From NCBI GenBank assembly GCA_023334545.1, contig JAADVB010000037.1:38973-102972 (forward strand): DNA of 64,000 nucleotides, written 5' to 3'. The position numbers were made by a program, and so were the translations under genes. The DNA comes from Salisapilia sapeloensis CBS 127946 (lineage: Eukaryota; Protista; Oomycota). The notes under the pieces were generated by a model. That model was not told the DNA's origin. It did no database searches and saw nothing but the letters and a program-made list of their open reading frames with translations. Positions 20,157 to 31,500 of this stretch are shown in pieces. How positions within the stretch are numbered: position 1 is the first letter of the stretch; every line of letters starts with the position of its first letter.

Positions 20157-23100
20157 CTACGTAATGGTGCAGCCTTTTGCACCTTTCGCTTTATTCGTGC
20201 TTTGTTCCGTTTCATCATGCTTCCTTTGTGTAAGCGATTCTTGGACAATCTCTTTTTCAGTCTTCTTATTTACACTTTCATGGCCTACACACACAACTTT
20301 TTCAATCGACTTTACCTCATCTTTCGGAGTTTGCTTGTCTTGTACATTCTGAAGAGGCGGGTTGGGTAGATTGGCAGACAGACTTGTGTTAACTAGTAGA
20401 GAGTTACCACTGTTAGACTCTACATCTTTTCGTGGCAGCATGTGCGACATTGAGCTCGCTTTGCGTATTGACTTTGTATCTCTACTTGGGACACCCTCAT
20501 GCATTAATATCTGCTCTCCAAGCCGAGACTGTAGCTGTTTATTTACGAGTTTCATCTTCGCAACCATCGCTGCGAGTTCTTCCTTTTCTCTACTCTCTTG
20601 CCGTAACTTGGAAAATAGCTCTTCCGCTTCTCGACTCTTCATTTCCAACTCTTGCGTATTCTCAGCAAGTAGGTTACTTTGTAAATCCAACTCTTGTCTA
20701 CATTTGAATAATTCACTCTTCATCTTCTCACGCTCTGCCTGCGCATCTCGTCGCCTTTGTTTCGTCACCTCGGCTTTCTTCTGCAACTCGTCGTCGTCCA
20801 CTGCATCCATGTCAAGGAATGTAATGGCATTCTCACTGTCGTCAACGTTGGACGCTTCAGCCTCTTCTCGTACTTGGTCGTTGTGTTCTCCAGCTTTTGC
20901 TTCTAATCCAAATGCACGAATCTCCAATGGGAGGCTACAGAAACGTGTAATCAAGTCTGCAGAGATGATCGACTCAATCATAGCACGAAAGCCAACCACC
21001 GGGTTCACAGACGCTTTAGAAGCTGCGGCCGATCGTCGAATTACATTCGGAACAGCTTCGTCCGGATCCTCCCATTCGAATTCCACAAACACATCTTGGC
21101 ATCGTCGTCCCGGAATACCTTCAAGTCGATCAATCACAACATTTAATCTTAGCTTCGAGCCAATGTGCTCTTCCAACAACGGCAAATGGACATCTGCTAC
21201 GGTCGAGTCGTCATTAAGTCCATCTAACAACTTATGCTGCCTCGCTTGCCACTCGTGTGACAGAATGGTAATGGAGATATCACACACAGCATGGCCACAT
21301 ATCTCGCCAGAGTTATTAAACAATGGAGCAGTGTCCATTACTTTGCATCCATACACAAGACTATCCAAGTAGACAAAGCTTTTGCCGATCAATTCCGACT
21401 TGGGTACGTTCAAGAACGGATCGGACAATCCCGTTGGGTATTTATCGGCAGAAGATTGTACATTGTCAGGTAGAAACCAGTCATGAAAGTCGAGTTGAGT
21501 ACGACCGCTTTCAATAAATACTTGATACATCTCTCGCATGGTAAACAAACACGTATGAAAGTGGTCCATTTCCCATACACTCGTTCGATATGCTCCACCA
21601 TAGCCATAAAACTTTGCACGAACTTGCAACATGGGGTATATGCCTTCACCGATCACCAGTTCTTCTTCATATATCGTCATGCACTTACGACTTGACAAGT
21701 CTGTAGGAGAGACCGATCCAGCGACCAGTTGAAGAGCAAACACAACTCGCTTTTGCAACTCTTCCGCGATCGAATTTGCTTCGTTAACCAACGGAATGCA
21801 CTGGAGCAGCACTTCGTCAAACGTCGACCGCTCTCTTCGTTCCCTCTCTTTCTGTTTTAGCAATGCCTGTGCCTCATTCATCTGCTTTTGGAGAGATATT
21901 TCTAGCTGTTGTTGCTTTTCTAGTAACTCCTTTTGCTTTTCATCAAACACGAGTTCGTTTTTTGCCAATTGCTCCGCAAGCTTTGCCTCTTGCTCTGCAA
22001 GTTGTTGCGCGAGTTTCTGCCTGTCCGCCTCACTTTCATTCACCATCTCACGCTTCATCTCCTCCTCCTTTGTCTTCAACTGTTGCTGGAGTTCACTCAC
22101 ATGTCGTTCCCATTCTTCCCTTTGGTGTGCTAGTTTGTCTTCTGCAGTCTTTGTCTCTATAGTCAACACCTCCTCCATCCTCCGTACTTTAGCTTCCATC
22201 TCTTTCTTCTCTTGCTCCCGAGCAGCCACTTCCTCTGCTGCCGACTGCATTTGGGACGAAAACTGCTCTTTCATAGCATACTGCCAGTCGTACTCTGCTT
22301 CTTCCGCTACATCGTCTCCGTCTCTGCAGGAGGGTATAACGACACGAAAGACGTTAAAGTTACCAAGTATCAGTCGATCACAATGGTTTAAAGGAATGTC
22401 GCGGGTATTAGCTACTGGCCGTCCATTCAAGGATACTTTTGCGCCCTTGAAACACCGAATGAATAGCTTGTCTTTGGAACTAGACTCCGTTTCTTCATTA
22501 TCATCATCCTCGTCCATAGGTTCGACACAATCACAAGTCCGATGGATAACACAGTGCTCGGCGGTGACGCCGAGACCACCAATGATGATATTCTGTGTCT
22601 GTGTCGCATCCTCCCGACCTATCTTGTTCTCGCCCGTCGACAGAAAGTAGACGAGCTTCTCCGACATGAGTCGATCTTCATTCAAGTTTAATAAATGCGG
22701 CTCAGAAGACATCTTGACTTTGAGCTCGCCAGGATTGCTCACGAGGCCTAGATGCTTGAGCTCTTCCTCACGTTTCTTCGCGAGCTCTTCCGTCTCTCTC
22801 AGTCGTTCTGCCCATGACTTTTCTTTTTCCTCTATCAATTGCTGTTGTGCTGCCAACTCTTCCTTAACTCTTTCCACTTCTTTCGCACGTTCCTCAAGTC
22901 TTGTCGGACTACAGTCGCCTAAGCCATTTTCTCCTTCATGTCCAAACCCACGCGACATGGGTCGTTCTAATGCAGCAGTTGAGATTGTTCGACGCAAGGT
23001 TTCCAGTTCTTCTCGAAGCTGTCGGATGAGCTGCTGACTCGGATCTTCATTCACCACTGCCTTGGTTCTGATTTGTTTTGCCCGATCGGCGTATCGTAAA

Positions 23101-24204
23101 GTACTTAACGTTTCTGAGTAATTCACACTTGCTGGACTTAATGCTGCGATCATAATCGTTTTAGAGTTACCTCCAAGAGAGTCCTTCAGTAAATAAGTCA
23201 GCTTGGAATTACGAAATGGAATGACGATGCCCTTCTTTCCATTGGCAGCATCTGCAAGTGCTGATATGCAATTTCCCAAAGACGATAGTGACTGATTGAT
23301 TGCTGCGCCTTCCTTCAGTCGAAAGCCAGTCGCACCTGTGCTAGCAGCTCGTTCACTTCCGGCTAAATCGATGAGATTGATACGACTAACTTTCTCATGC
23401 GTCTTATCTGATATAGGGTCTTTTTCTACTTGCGTCAATGTCACTTGAAAGATCGTGTGCGCACGGGAGCTCGTTGCGTTCATGTTCGTCGCTGCCGTCG
23501 TCCTGGACAAGATTCCAGTATCCATTAACTACGCAAAGTGAGGTTGTTTATCTCTAGAGTGTTCATACAGCACTCACCCGACTGATTTCCTCGTACGAGC
23601 TGACTGCACTACGCGTTAAACCCTCTGCGTAAGGTCCTTGGCTCGGATGATCCCGAACCTTTAAATTGTCCATCACCGGATTAAACAAATCTACAAGTAC
23701 GATCAATCAGGATCGGTTGGAAGATTGGAATGACAGGACGAATGTACCTTTGACTCGCTCATTGTAGATTTCCATCATACTCGCTTCAACTTTAAAGGTC
23801 ACCTCGTTCGGATCGCTTGCTTGGATGCGTGCGAAGATAACCTCACATGCACGAGGGATGATCCCTTTATCCTCTCCATACCCAACCATGGAGAATGACT
23901 TACCAGACCCGGTCTGACCATATGCGAACAGACTGACATTGAACCCTTGCCAAGCGTGTTCCAGAACAGTAATCCCAAGATCATTCCAGACAGTCTCTTG
24001 AGAGGCAAAACTCGGATGATTGGATGGCAGGAAACTATTGTAGCTGTAGTCGAATGTAAAGCTTTTATCAACACCGGACTCGGGGTCTGTGATGATCGTT
24101 TGCTGCATCTGTGGCAGCATCCGCAGACAGCAAGAGGCTGCCATGCCTCTCTCTCGCTCATTAAAAGGACGTACTCGTACAGCAACTTGCACATTGTCCG
24201 ACAT
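20157..24204 (-). CDS. Kinesin-3 family motor (KIF1/KIF13/KIF28-like: motor, FHA, coiled coils), 3 exons
   Basis: NVQVAVRVRPFN, P-loop GQTGSGKS, SSRAH, INLIDLAGSER, PFRNSKLTYLLKDSLGGNSKT; FHA PHLLNLNED...GRE...IGGLGVTAEHC...DRLILG; ends KGCTIT*. Confidence 0.92.
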
Positions 24205-24472
24205 ATCGCCCTACGAAGCTCGTCTCACACATCCTAATTATAAGTCATCATGCGTTTCATTCGCGTGACAGCATTGTACCATCTACGGTGCTTCTACAAT
24301 CTACCACCGATTTACATATCTTCAACAAAGTATGGTCGGTCGACCCTTGACGGCCACAAACTTCGGACACAAGCATAGACACGCTGACCGCCGGAAGTGT
24401 ATCTCGCACTTGCTACATTTCAAGTCCCTCGATCTATTCATGCAAGTGCTATGGGCTGTACGTGACCGGGCA

Positions 24473-25756
24473 ATGCACCCTAGGACGCTGCTAGGTGCGC
24501 GTAGCCGCATCTTGTCGACGCAGAGCTCGGCAGTGGCATCGCAAGCGCCAGCTAGCACCGTCCCGGCGGAAAAGATGAGCCAACGCGATGCTTTCAAGCA
24601 CAACCTGACCATCTACTCGCAATTGTCCAAGTCTAGGCTCAGCGCTCTTGTCGTGATGACGAGTGGAGCAGGCTTCCTCATGGCAGGTGGACCCATCGCC
24701 TGGGGTCCTCTCGCTGCCTGCACCGTAGGTACGTCTCTAGCCGCTGCCTCAGCGAATACGTGGAACCAGATCTGGGAAATCGAACTGGATGGCAAGATGC
24801 AGCGCACTCGCCACCGACCACTTCCCAGCGGACGCGTTTCTCGTGAGAAAGCTGTGCGCTTTGGTGTTGGTACCGCCGCTGTGAGCACTGCGTTGCTCGC
24901 GACGTGTTGCAACCCTCTTACAGCTGCTCTGGGTGCATCCAACATTGGTCTTTATGCTCTAGCGTACACGCCTATGAAGACCAGGAGCGAATGGAACACA
25001 TGGGTAGGCGCGGTGGTCGGAGCCATTCCTCCTATGATGGGATATGCTGCTGCCACAGGCTCTTGCATGACTCCGGAAGCTCTTCTACAGGCAGCCATCC
25101 TCTTCGGCTGGCAGTTCCCTCACTTTTTTGCGTTGAGTTGGCGGGCAAGAAAGGATTACTCGAGAGGTGGCTATCAGATGGTGGCGTGCAATGACCCGAC
25201 TGGTCGACGCTCTGCTGACCTCATCTGGAAGTACTCGTGGCTCCTAGCTCCTGTGCCGATTATCAGTGCTCTGACTGATGTGACGAGCTACATGTTTGCC
25301 GTGGAAGGCACGCTCGTGAACGCATACGCCATCTATTGTGCATACCAGTTCCGACAGAAGCAATCTCACGGCACTGCATCCAAAGTTTTCCGCATGTCAC
25401 TGTGGTACCTTCCTGTGCTTCTTGGTGGCATGGTCCTCCACAGCCAGAACTGGTACGAAGACGACGTGAAGCAAGAGAAGAAGGAACGACATCGGCAGCT
25501 GAAAGAAGCATTTTTGGGTGAAATAGAGCACTTTGAGGCCAAGGTATCGTCTGCAGAGGACGGTACAGCCTCCAAGTGGGTGGTGAACCACGTGCAAAAG
25601 CTTCGACAGGCTCTCAAGGACGTCTGCATCCACGAGTATCTGTGGGGTGTGAAGGGCGGTCAACACAACGGAGACGAAAGCAGCATCGCTTGTCCTGTGC
25701 ATGTGACTCGAAGCGCCAAGGAGACGGCTGCCATCGTCGCACACAAAGACGACTAA
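24473..25756 (+). CDS. COX10: Protoheme IX farnesyltransferase (heme O synthase)
   Basis: QLSKSRLSALV, NTWNQIWEIELDGKMQRTRHRPLPSGR, YTPMKTRSEWNTWVGAVVGAIPPMMG, WQFPHFFAL, DYSRGGYQM; Arg/Ser-rich N-terminal presequence. The start could also be 24440. Confidence 0.93.
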   Translation: MHPRTLLGARSRILSTQSSAVASQAPASTVPAEKMSQRDAFKHNLTIYSQLSKSRLSALVVMTSGAGFLMAGGPIAWGPLAACTVGTSLAAASANTWNQIWEIELDGKMQRTRHRPLPSGRVSREKAVRFGVGTAAVSTALLATCCNPLTAALGASNIGLYALAYTPMKTRSEWNTWVGAVVGAIPPMMGYAAATGSCMTPEALLQAAILFGWQFPHFFALSWRARKDYSRGGYQMVACNDPTGRRSADLIWKYSWLLAPVPIISALTDVTSYMFAVEGTLVNAYAIYCAYQFRQKQSHGTASKVFRMSLWYLPVLLGGMVLHSQNWYEDDVKQEKKERHRQLKEAFLGEIEHFEAKVSSAEDGTASKWVVNHVQKLRQALKDVCIHEYLWGVKGGQHNGDESSIACPVHVTRSAKETAAIVAHKDD

Positions 25757-25816
25757 CCTGCTTGTACTAGAAAAATAAAAAAAGACTGTTGGAAATGTCC
25801 ATTCTATCGTTTTATT

Positions 25817-27425
25817 TTACCACTTGATACCGAGTGGATTCGCCTGCTCCATCTTCGGAACGGCATGATACCTCGTATGTAATAGCGCCTGTGCTTCCGG
25901 CGAGAACGGTCGACTACCGAGGTGAGTCGGGTAGACGTAGTGGCACGCAGGGTTGTCCGACGGAGCACGCTCCTGCAGCTCTCGGAACTTTTGCTGCACG
26001 CTTTCGAGGAGCTGAGCTGCCTGCAACGATTTCTCCGGCTTGATCTGTCCGCCACCATTCAGACAGCCGCTCGGACACGCCATGATCTCAACGTACTGGT
26101 ACGGACATCGCTTTCGTCGGATCTTGGTCATGATCGACTGGATATTCCGGAAGCCATAGGCCAAGGCGAATTTCAGCTTCTCTTCTCCGTCGACAGTCAA
26201 CGTGACTTCCTGGAAGTCTGGGTTACGCCCTTGTTTGTACTCCAACGGACCTTCGACATCTACGTTGTACAGTTCTTTCGCAGCATAGCGGAAGATGTGC
26301 TCCAACTGTCCTCCTGAGCCACTATTGACACTGGAACCGACGACGTGCTGGCCGTCAGTCGACACGCCACTTAGCTGCATCTCCTCTGGCTTTAGCTCTG
26401 CTTGCTCCAATGTGTTGAAATCGATCTGTAGCCAGCTCAGAAGGTCGAGGATCTCGTTTGTGGCAAGCACACAATCGACATCCTTGCTGTTGGACTCTTC
26501 ATCCAAAAAATCTTTTCGAGAAGCCTCCAATTTCTTATCAAAGCAAGGCATGATCGCGACATGGTACACGTCTGAAGGCTTTAGACCGTGCTCTTTCGTC
26601 AGTAGGTGCTTCATGAGTGCACCTGCGATCTGCTGTGGCGACTTGGTCGTGTCGATGAACGGCAGAGCATTCGGCTGCGATTTCTCCGCGTAGCAGACCC
26701 ATCCAGGACAGGCCGACGCGAGCATTGGCAACGCTTGCATCGGGTCTTGGATCGGATTCTTGTCTGTCGCAGGTTCAATGTACTCGGTCTTGTTGGACGA
26801 GTGCGCCACGGAGGAAGGAGGGCGCTTCCATTCGACCGACCCTTGGTTTCGATAGCGATGGACAAACTCTTCCCTCGACTCGAGCAGTGCAAAATCACCG
26901 CATGAAGTCGAGTCGATGACCATGTCTGCACCCAACTGCCGGAACAGTGTCACAAGCTTGCGGTGGGTGACGATCGCTGGCAGGTCGAAGTGCGCTGCGA
27001 TTGAGGCTCTCGACTGTGGGCTGATAGTCACCGCTGAACGAGCATATGTATGGGCAGACAGCGTCTCGGCAACCTCCTTGTAGCTGTGCTCCGAGATGAG
27101 CACGGCCTCGGCAGACGTGACGCAGCCACTGCACGCGAGACAATCATCTAGAGACACGGTTGCTTTCTCCTCCTGTCCAGTGCGAATGAGATCAGGACGG
27201 ACAGAAGACTCTGCCTCTGGTATGATCGTCATCTCTGGCTCTAGCGATATTTGTGCTGCGCCCGTGGTCTTGCCATCTTCCTGCTTATTGTTCGTGAATA
27301 ACGGATTGACACAAGCTTGGGACGGCGTGATAAAGTCGTCCAGATCTCCTAGAAATACGGATGCCTATCGAATCCAGTGTTAAGGTATATTCTGTTGTTA
27401 ATTGAGATCAGTCAGAGGTTACCAT
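25817..27425 (-). CDS. CIAO3: Cytosolic Fe-S assembly factor Nar1/IOP1 (hydrogenase-like), 2 exons
   Basis: DLDDFITPSQACVNP, VSLDDCLACSGCVTSAE, ASACPGWVCYAEK, IMPCFDKKLEASR, EIMACPSGCLNGGGQ, terminal LGIKW. ATG 27425-27423, then intron 27422-27365. Confidence 0.93.
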
Positions 27426-28522
27426 TGCTACTTGCTTGACGAGGTAGAGACCGGAAGACGCTTCTGGCCAAATAGGAAGAAATTCTTCTGATCCAGTGCC
27501 TAGTGCGACTTTTAATTCGAGATGCGCTGTACCAATACAATGATCCGATTTGTACACGACATATTCTGCTAGACAAATCAATCCGAGTATCCTCAAGCGT
27601 CGTCAGTACTTGTCATCTTGCCAGGAAGGAGGGATGTTGCTCGTAAGGTGGCGTCTGCAGTGAATGGATTTTGCCTTCTACTTCGTCAGCAGGCTGAATC
27701 CGGCTCTTGCTATCGCAACACAGACGCAGAGATCGTGAAGTTTATATCCAACCATCTGCGCTGAATTGCATTACATCTTCCTGTCCTCCCCACTCCTCTG
27801 CATGGATCTCAAGCTGTCGTCTACCGTACCTCGTCGCATACCCTTCACATCGTGCTTTCGTCGGCAGCGCCCCGCCCACGTGTACTACAGTCTCACCTCC
27901 TTATACGAACCTTTGATCGGGTAAGAATTCTATGCTTGACACTCAACTGGATGCCGAAGAAATTTATCTTGAATTTTGTATTTCTTTCTCATAAGGGTTA
28001 AAAGATGAAAAAGAAGTCACTTGAAGCAAATAAGTATATCAGTTTGCATTTGCCTACACATTACAGGACTCGTCCTCGTTCGTGGACTACGCGTTTGTAA
28101 AGCAATAGCTTTATTGACTGGAATCTACGATGAACTCTTTCTTCACCTAGATCAGTTGCTAGTTTGATTGATTTTTTGTGCAAAAACTCTCTTGCCCGAT
28201 TGTACCCATATAGAGAGGTACGACTGTAAATGGTGCTTTATGTCTCAATCGACACATGATTTTTTATTTTTTGCTGGCTTTTTCCATACAAAATCGATCA
28301 CGACGGACAAGTGGACGTCTTCCGTGTACTCGTCCACGACTTTGACTGCCATCCTTTCCCACGCGGTTCCGCCATCCAACCCACATTGCTCTTCGGCAGA
28401 TCACTCGAATGTACGTACCTCAGTCCCTGCTTCCTGACACGAGCTGTCACGCTGAAAATTCTCTCACACCGAATATTTGTATGCAGACCACGGCAGGCTA
28501 TCGACTCGTCCCGAGGCGTGCC

Positions 28523-31500
28523 ATGGGAGCCTCTCTGGCGTCCAAGACACTATGGCGATGGATCATGCTCGTATACGTAGCCCTCCTGGTGCAAGTCGCA
28601 ACGAGTGAGATCGACCTACCGGCCAGTCTTTCATTCAACTGCGTGAACGACGTCTGTCTATACCAGGAAAAAGGTGGCAAATTCGACGACATCGCCAAGT
28701 GCGCCGATAGTTGTGTGAAGCAGGACTTTATCTCCTCCATCGACACGGAGCCCAACAGCGATCAAAAGCAGATCAAAATCAGGTCCTCTCTTAATGGCAC
28801 ATGCGACGATTGTGGACTAGAGGCGTCGACGAATTGGAACTTCCCGAAGACCTTCCAAGCACTAGACATTTCGACAAAGTCCGTCAAGAAGAATGACTGT
28901 GACTTGAGTTGCGAAGTCTGGCTCGAATTACCACAGCTATGGACATATGTGGATGGTGAAGACCCCTCCTGCTTAATCAATGATGAGGAGGTCAAATGCA
29001 CTGCGAATCAGACCGAAAACGGTGCGAACATCACGGTTTTTTCACTTGATCAAGACACCATTCCGACTCTGATCGAGGCTCAGTCGGAATACATTTTTCG
29101 AGTGAACCATGTCAACACGCGAGGCGCGCCTGGCAGTTATGAAGAAACGACGCAGTTGCAGGTGCGATTCAAATCTGAAAATTGCATGGTCGACACTGTA
29201 GACAACTCCGAGGACCAGAGGTTTGGTCTGGCGCTCGAGTCGAGCGAGTACAAGCTCGTCGGTTTATTCACAGACACGTCCATGACTGCTTCCAGTCCTC
29301 GTATATCCACTAAGACAGACGTGACTTTTTCCTTTATCAGTGGCGCGATTCTCGAACCAGGAGCCTTCATCCTCCTGCGTGTTCGTGAAGACGTGGAAGA
29401 TGACTTTTCTCATATGATTGCTGATCTGTCAGATCCTAAACTTAAGATCGGTGAAGACGGAGAAGAGAAGGATATTGATATTTACGTTGGTGCAGCAAAC
29501 GTGTCGTTCATCCTGCCAGTCGACTCGGACCTGCGTATTGACAATGGAGACAGAGTTGAGATTAAAGTGCGCAACTTTCAGAATCCAGACACCATTTCGT
29601 CGTCAGTGACGAGGGGATATCTATCGGCCTACCAAGGCGTTGCGTCTGCCATTGATAACTCTCGTATTAATTTCTTTGACGTCCATCTGAACGAGCGAGG
29701 CACGGGGGCATTGCTGGATATCATCACGACAATCATCTTTGGACTCTGCTTCTTCGTTTCTCTGTTTATCATCCGACGGAACGGTCTCCCGCTGACGATG
29801 AAGACATTGTGGACAGACTGCGTCGCAATAGCCGCGCTCTTCTCCTTTGCAGCTGGTTGCGGTGGTGCGCTCGTCTGGGTCATCCAGCCGTCCATCGCGT
29901 ACGTTTACTGGAGTGCAGCACAGTACTTTTTCAATTGCATGATGGTCTTGTCCTTATGCTTCCACTGGGCTGCAGTCATCTCGTACAAGAGTTTGAAGAA
30001 ACTGACGTTCAAGTCCCCTGTCGTCATCCTGTTCCTCGCCGTCAACGTCGTCGTCATTGCCTTTCTCGTTGTCCTCATCATCGTCGCTCAGCGCAAAGGA
30101 AACCTCTCTTGCGTCTATGTCGACGATTCGTCTCTCTGCAGATCGGAAGAAGATTGTGATAAGAAACTGCTGATGGAAGGAGAGATCATCCGCCAGACGG
30201 CGTACACGTGTGATATTCAGTGGTACTATTTAGTCCTAGGGTCCGGGTTCATCCTATACACACTCGGACTCATGGTCCTCGGGTGCAAGGTCATGAGCCG
30301 CGGTCGATTGCTCATGATCAACGAAGACCCGTCGGACCAGCGCATCCGCAAGTCCTTGACGAAGTTCTACGCGATCATCGCCACCACATGCGTCCTCTAC
30401 GTCTCGGCTCAAGTCATCTACATGACGCAGTACCTATCGGAGAACGCCCGAGATGATCTCTCGGACATTGTCTGGTACATGTTCATCATCTGGCTTCCAC
30501 ACGGCATCCCGCCTCTCCTGCTGCTCTTCTTGCAATGGAACCCGAGCTCCGACTTGCAGGAGCAGGACGAACCGCCAGTTGAAAGCGTCGCAGAGTCCTC
30601 CAAGGACGATATGCTCAACCTGACGCCGAGGTCATCGTCTTCGTCGCCGAATCTACCGTACTCGAGTCTCATGCATGACCACGGCGACAATGACTCGGCG
30701 CTGAACACGGATGAGCAGAGCAACAAGCTGCGTCTGATCGTCCGTCTGACGCTCCCTGCTGGCTTTGATCGCTCCTGCTTTGTCTCGCTCGAATACTTTA
30801 GCTCCAAGCAAGCGATTACAGCCGACACTTCTCTGCGTAGGCTATGTCGGAAGGCGTCTTGGAGGTCTGTCGGGTCCACGGAACCGATTGGCAATGGCAA
30901 CGATACGGCCGATGTGGTTGCTGGCGATGGCGCTTCGATCTCCACCTATCCTTTCGTTACGGTGTTGGAGATTCCTGTGAATGGACCTGCTTCATCGACG
31001 TTATTACGGTTCATGATGCACGCGAGTACGATTGGTGCGCATGAGGCGCAGGACAATGTGAGTGAAAGCGCTGACACGAACTACTCTAGCGACAATGGCA
31101 ACGTGTCGGAGCTGTCGTATCAGATGACCATGTTCCATCCGCTGCTCGAGTTTGTCACGACGACGCAAGCGGTATTGGATGCTGCTGCTAGTAGCCAGCC
31201 TCTGCGTGTGTATCCTTCGGACGAGCACACGTGCGCTATCTTGGAAGAAGCTCCGTCGATGCAGACGGAACTGGAAGAGCTATTGGTTGGCAACATGCGA
31301 AATGCCGAGCTGAGTGTCCAAACCGTTATGATGGCAGGAGAAGTTCCTTTGCGTGCTGACGACGCGACGCATCGGCACATTGGAAATATCACGCGATACT
31401 TTTTGTATGACTCGGAAGACGGATCGGAAGGTCTTGTGGTGGAAGATCTGCAAGAGTTTGAGCATGTGAATCGCGTGACGAGGCAGCTTCTAGAGCTTCT

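Noticed and set aside
25817-27425. [FeFe]-hydrogenase suggesting H2 metabolism
   Set aside because: The N-terminal CVNP/CLACSGC motifs, the terminal Trp and the lack of extra ferredoxin domains fit the ubiquitous Nar1/CIAO3 assembly factor.
27573-27921. Selenoprotein or reassigned stop codon (long frame with one TGA at 27762)
   Set aside because: No redox-motif context or SECIS seen; intact genes in the window end in TAA, TAG and TGA, so the code is standard. Kept only as a possible relic.
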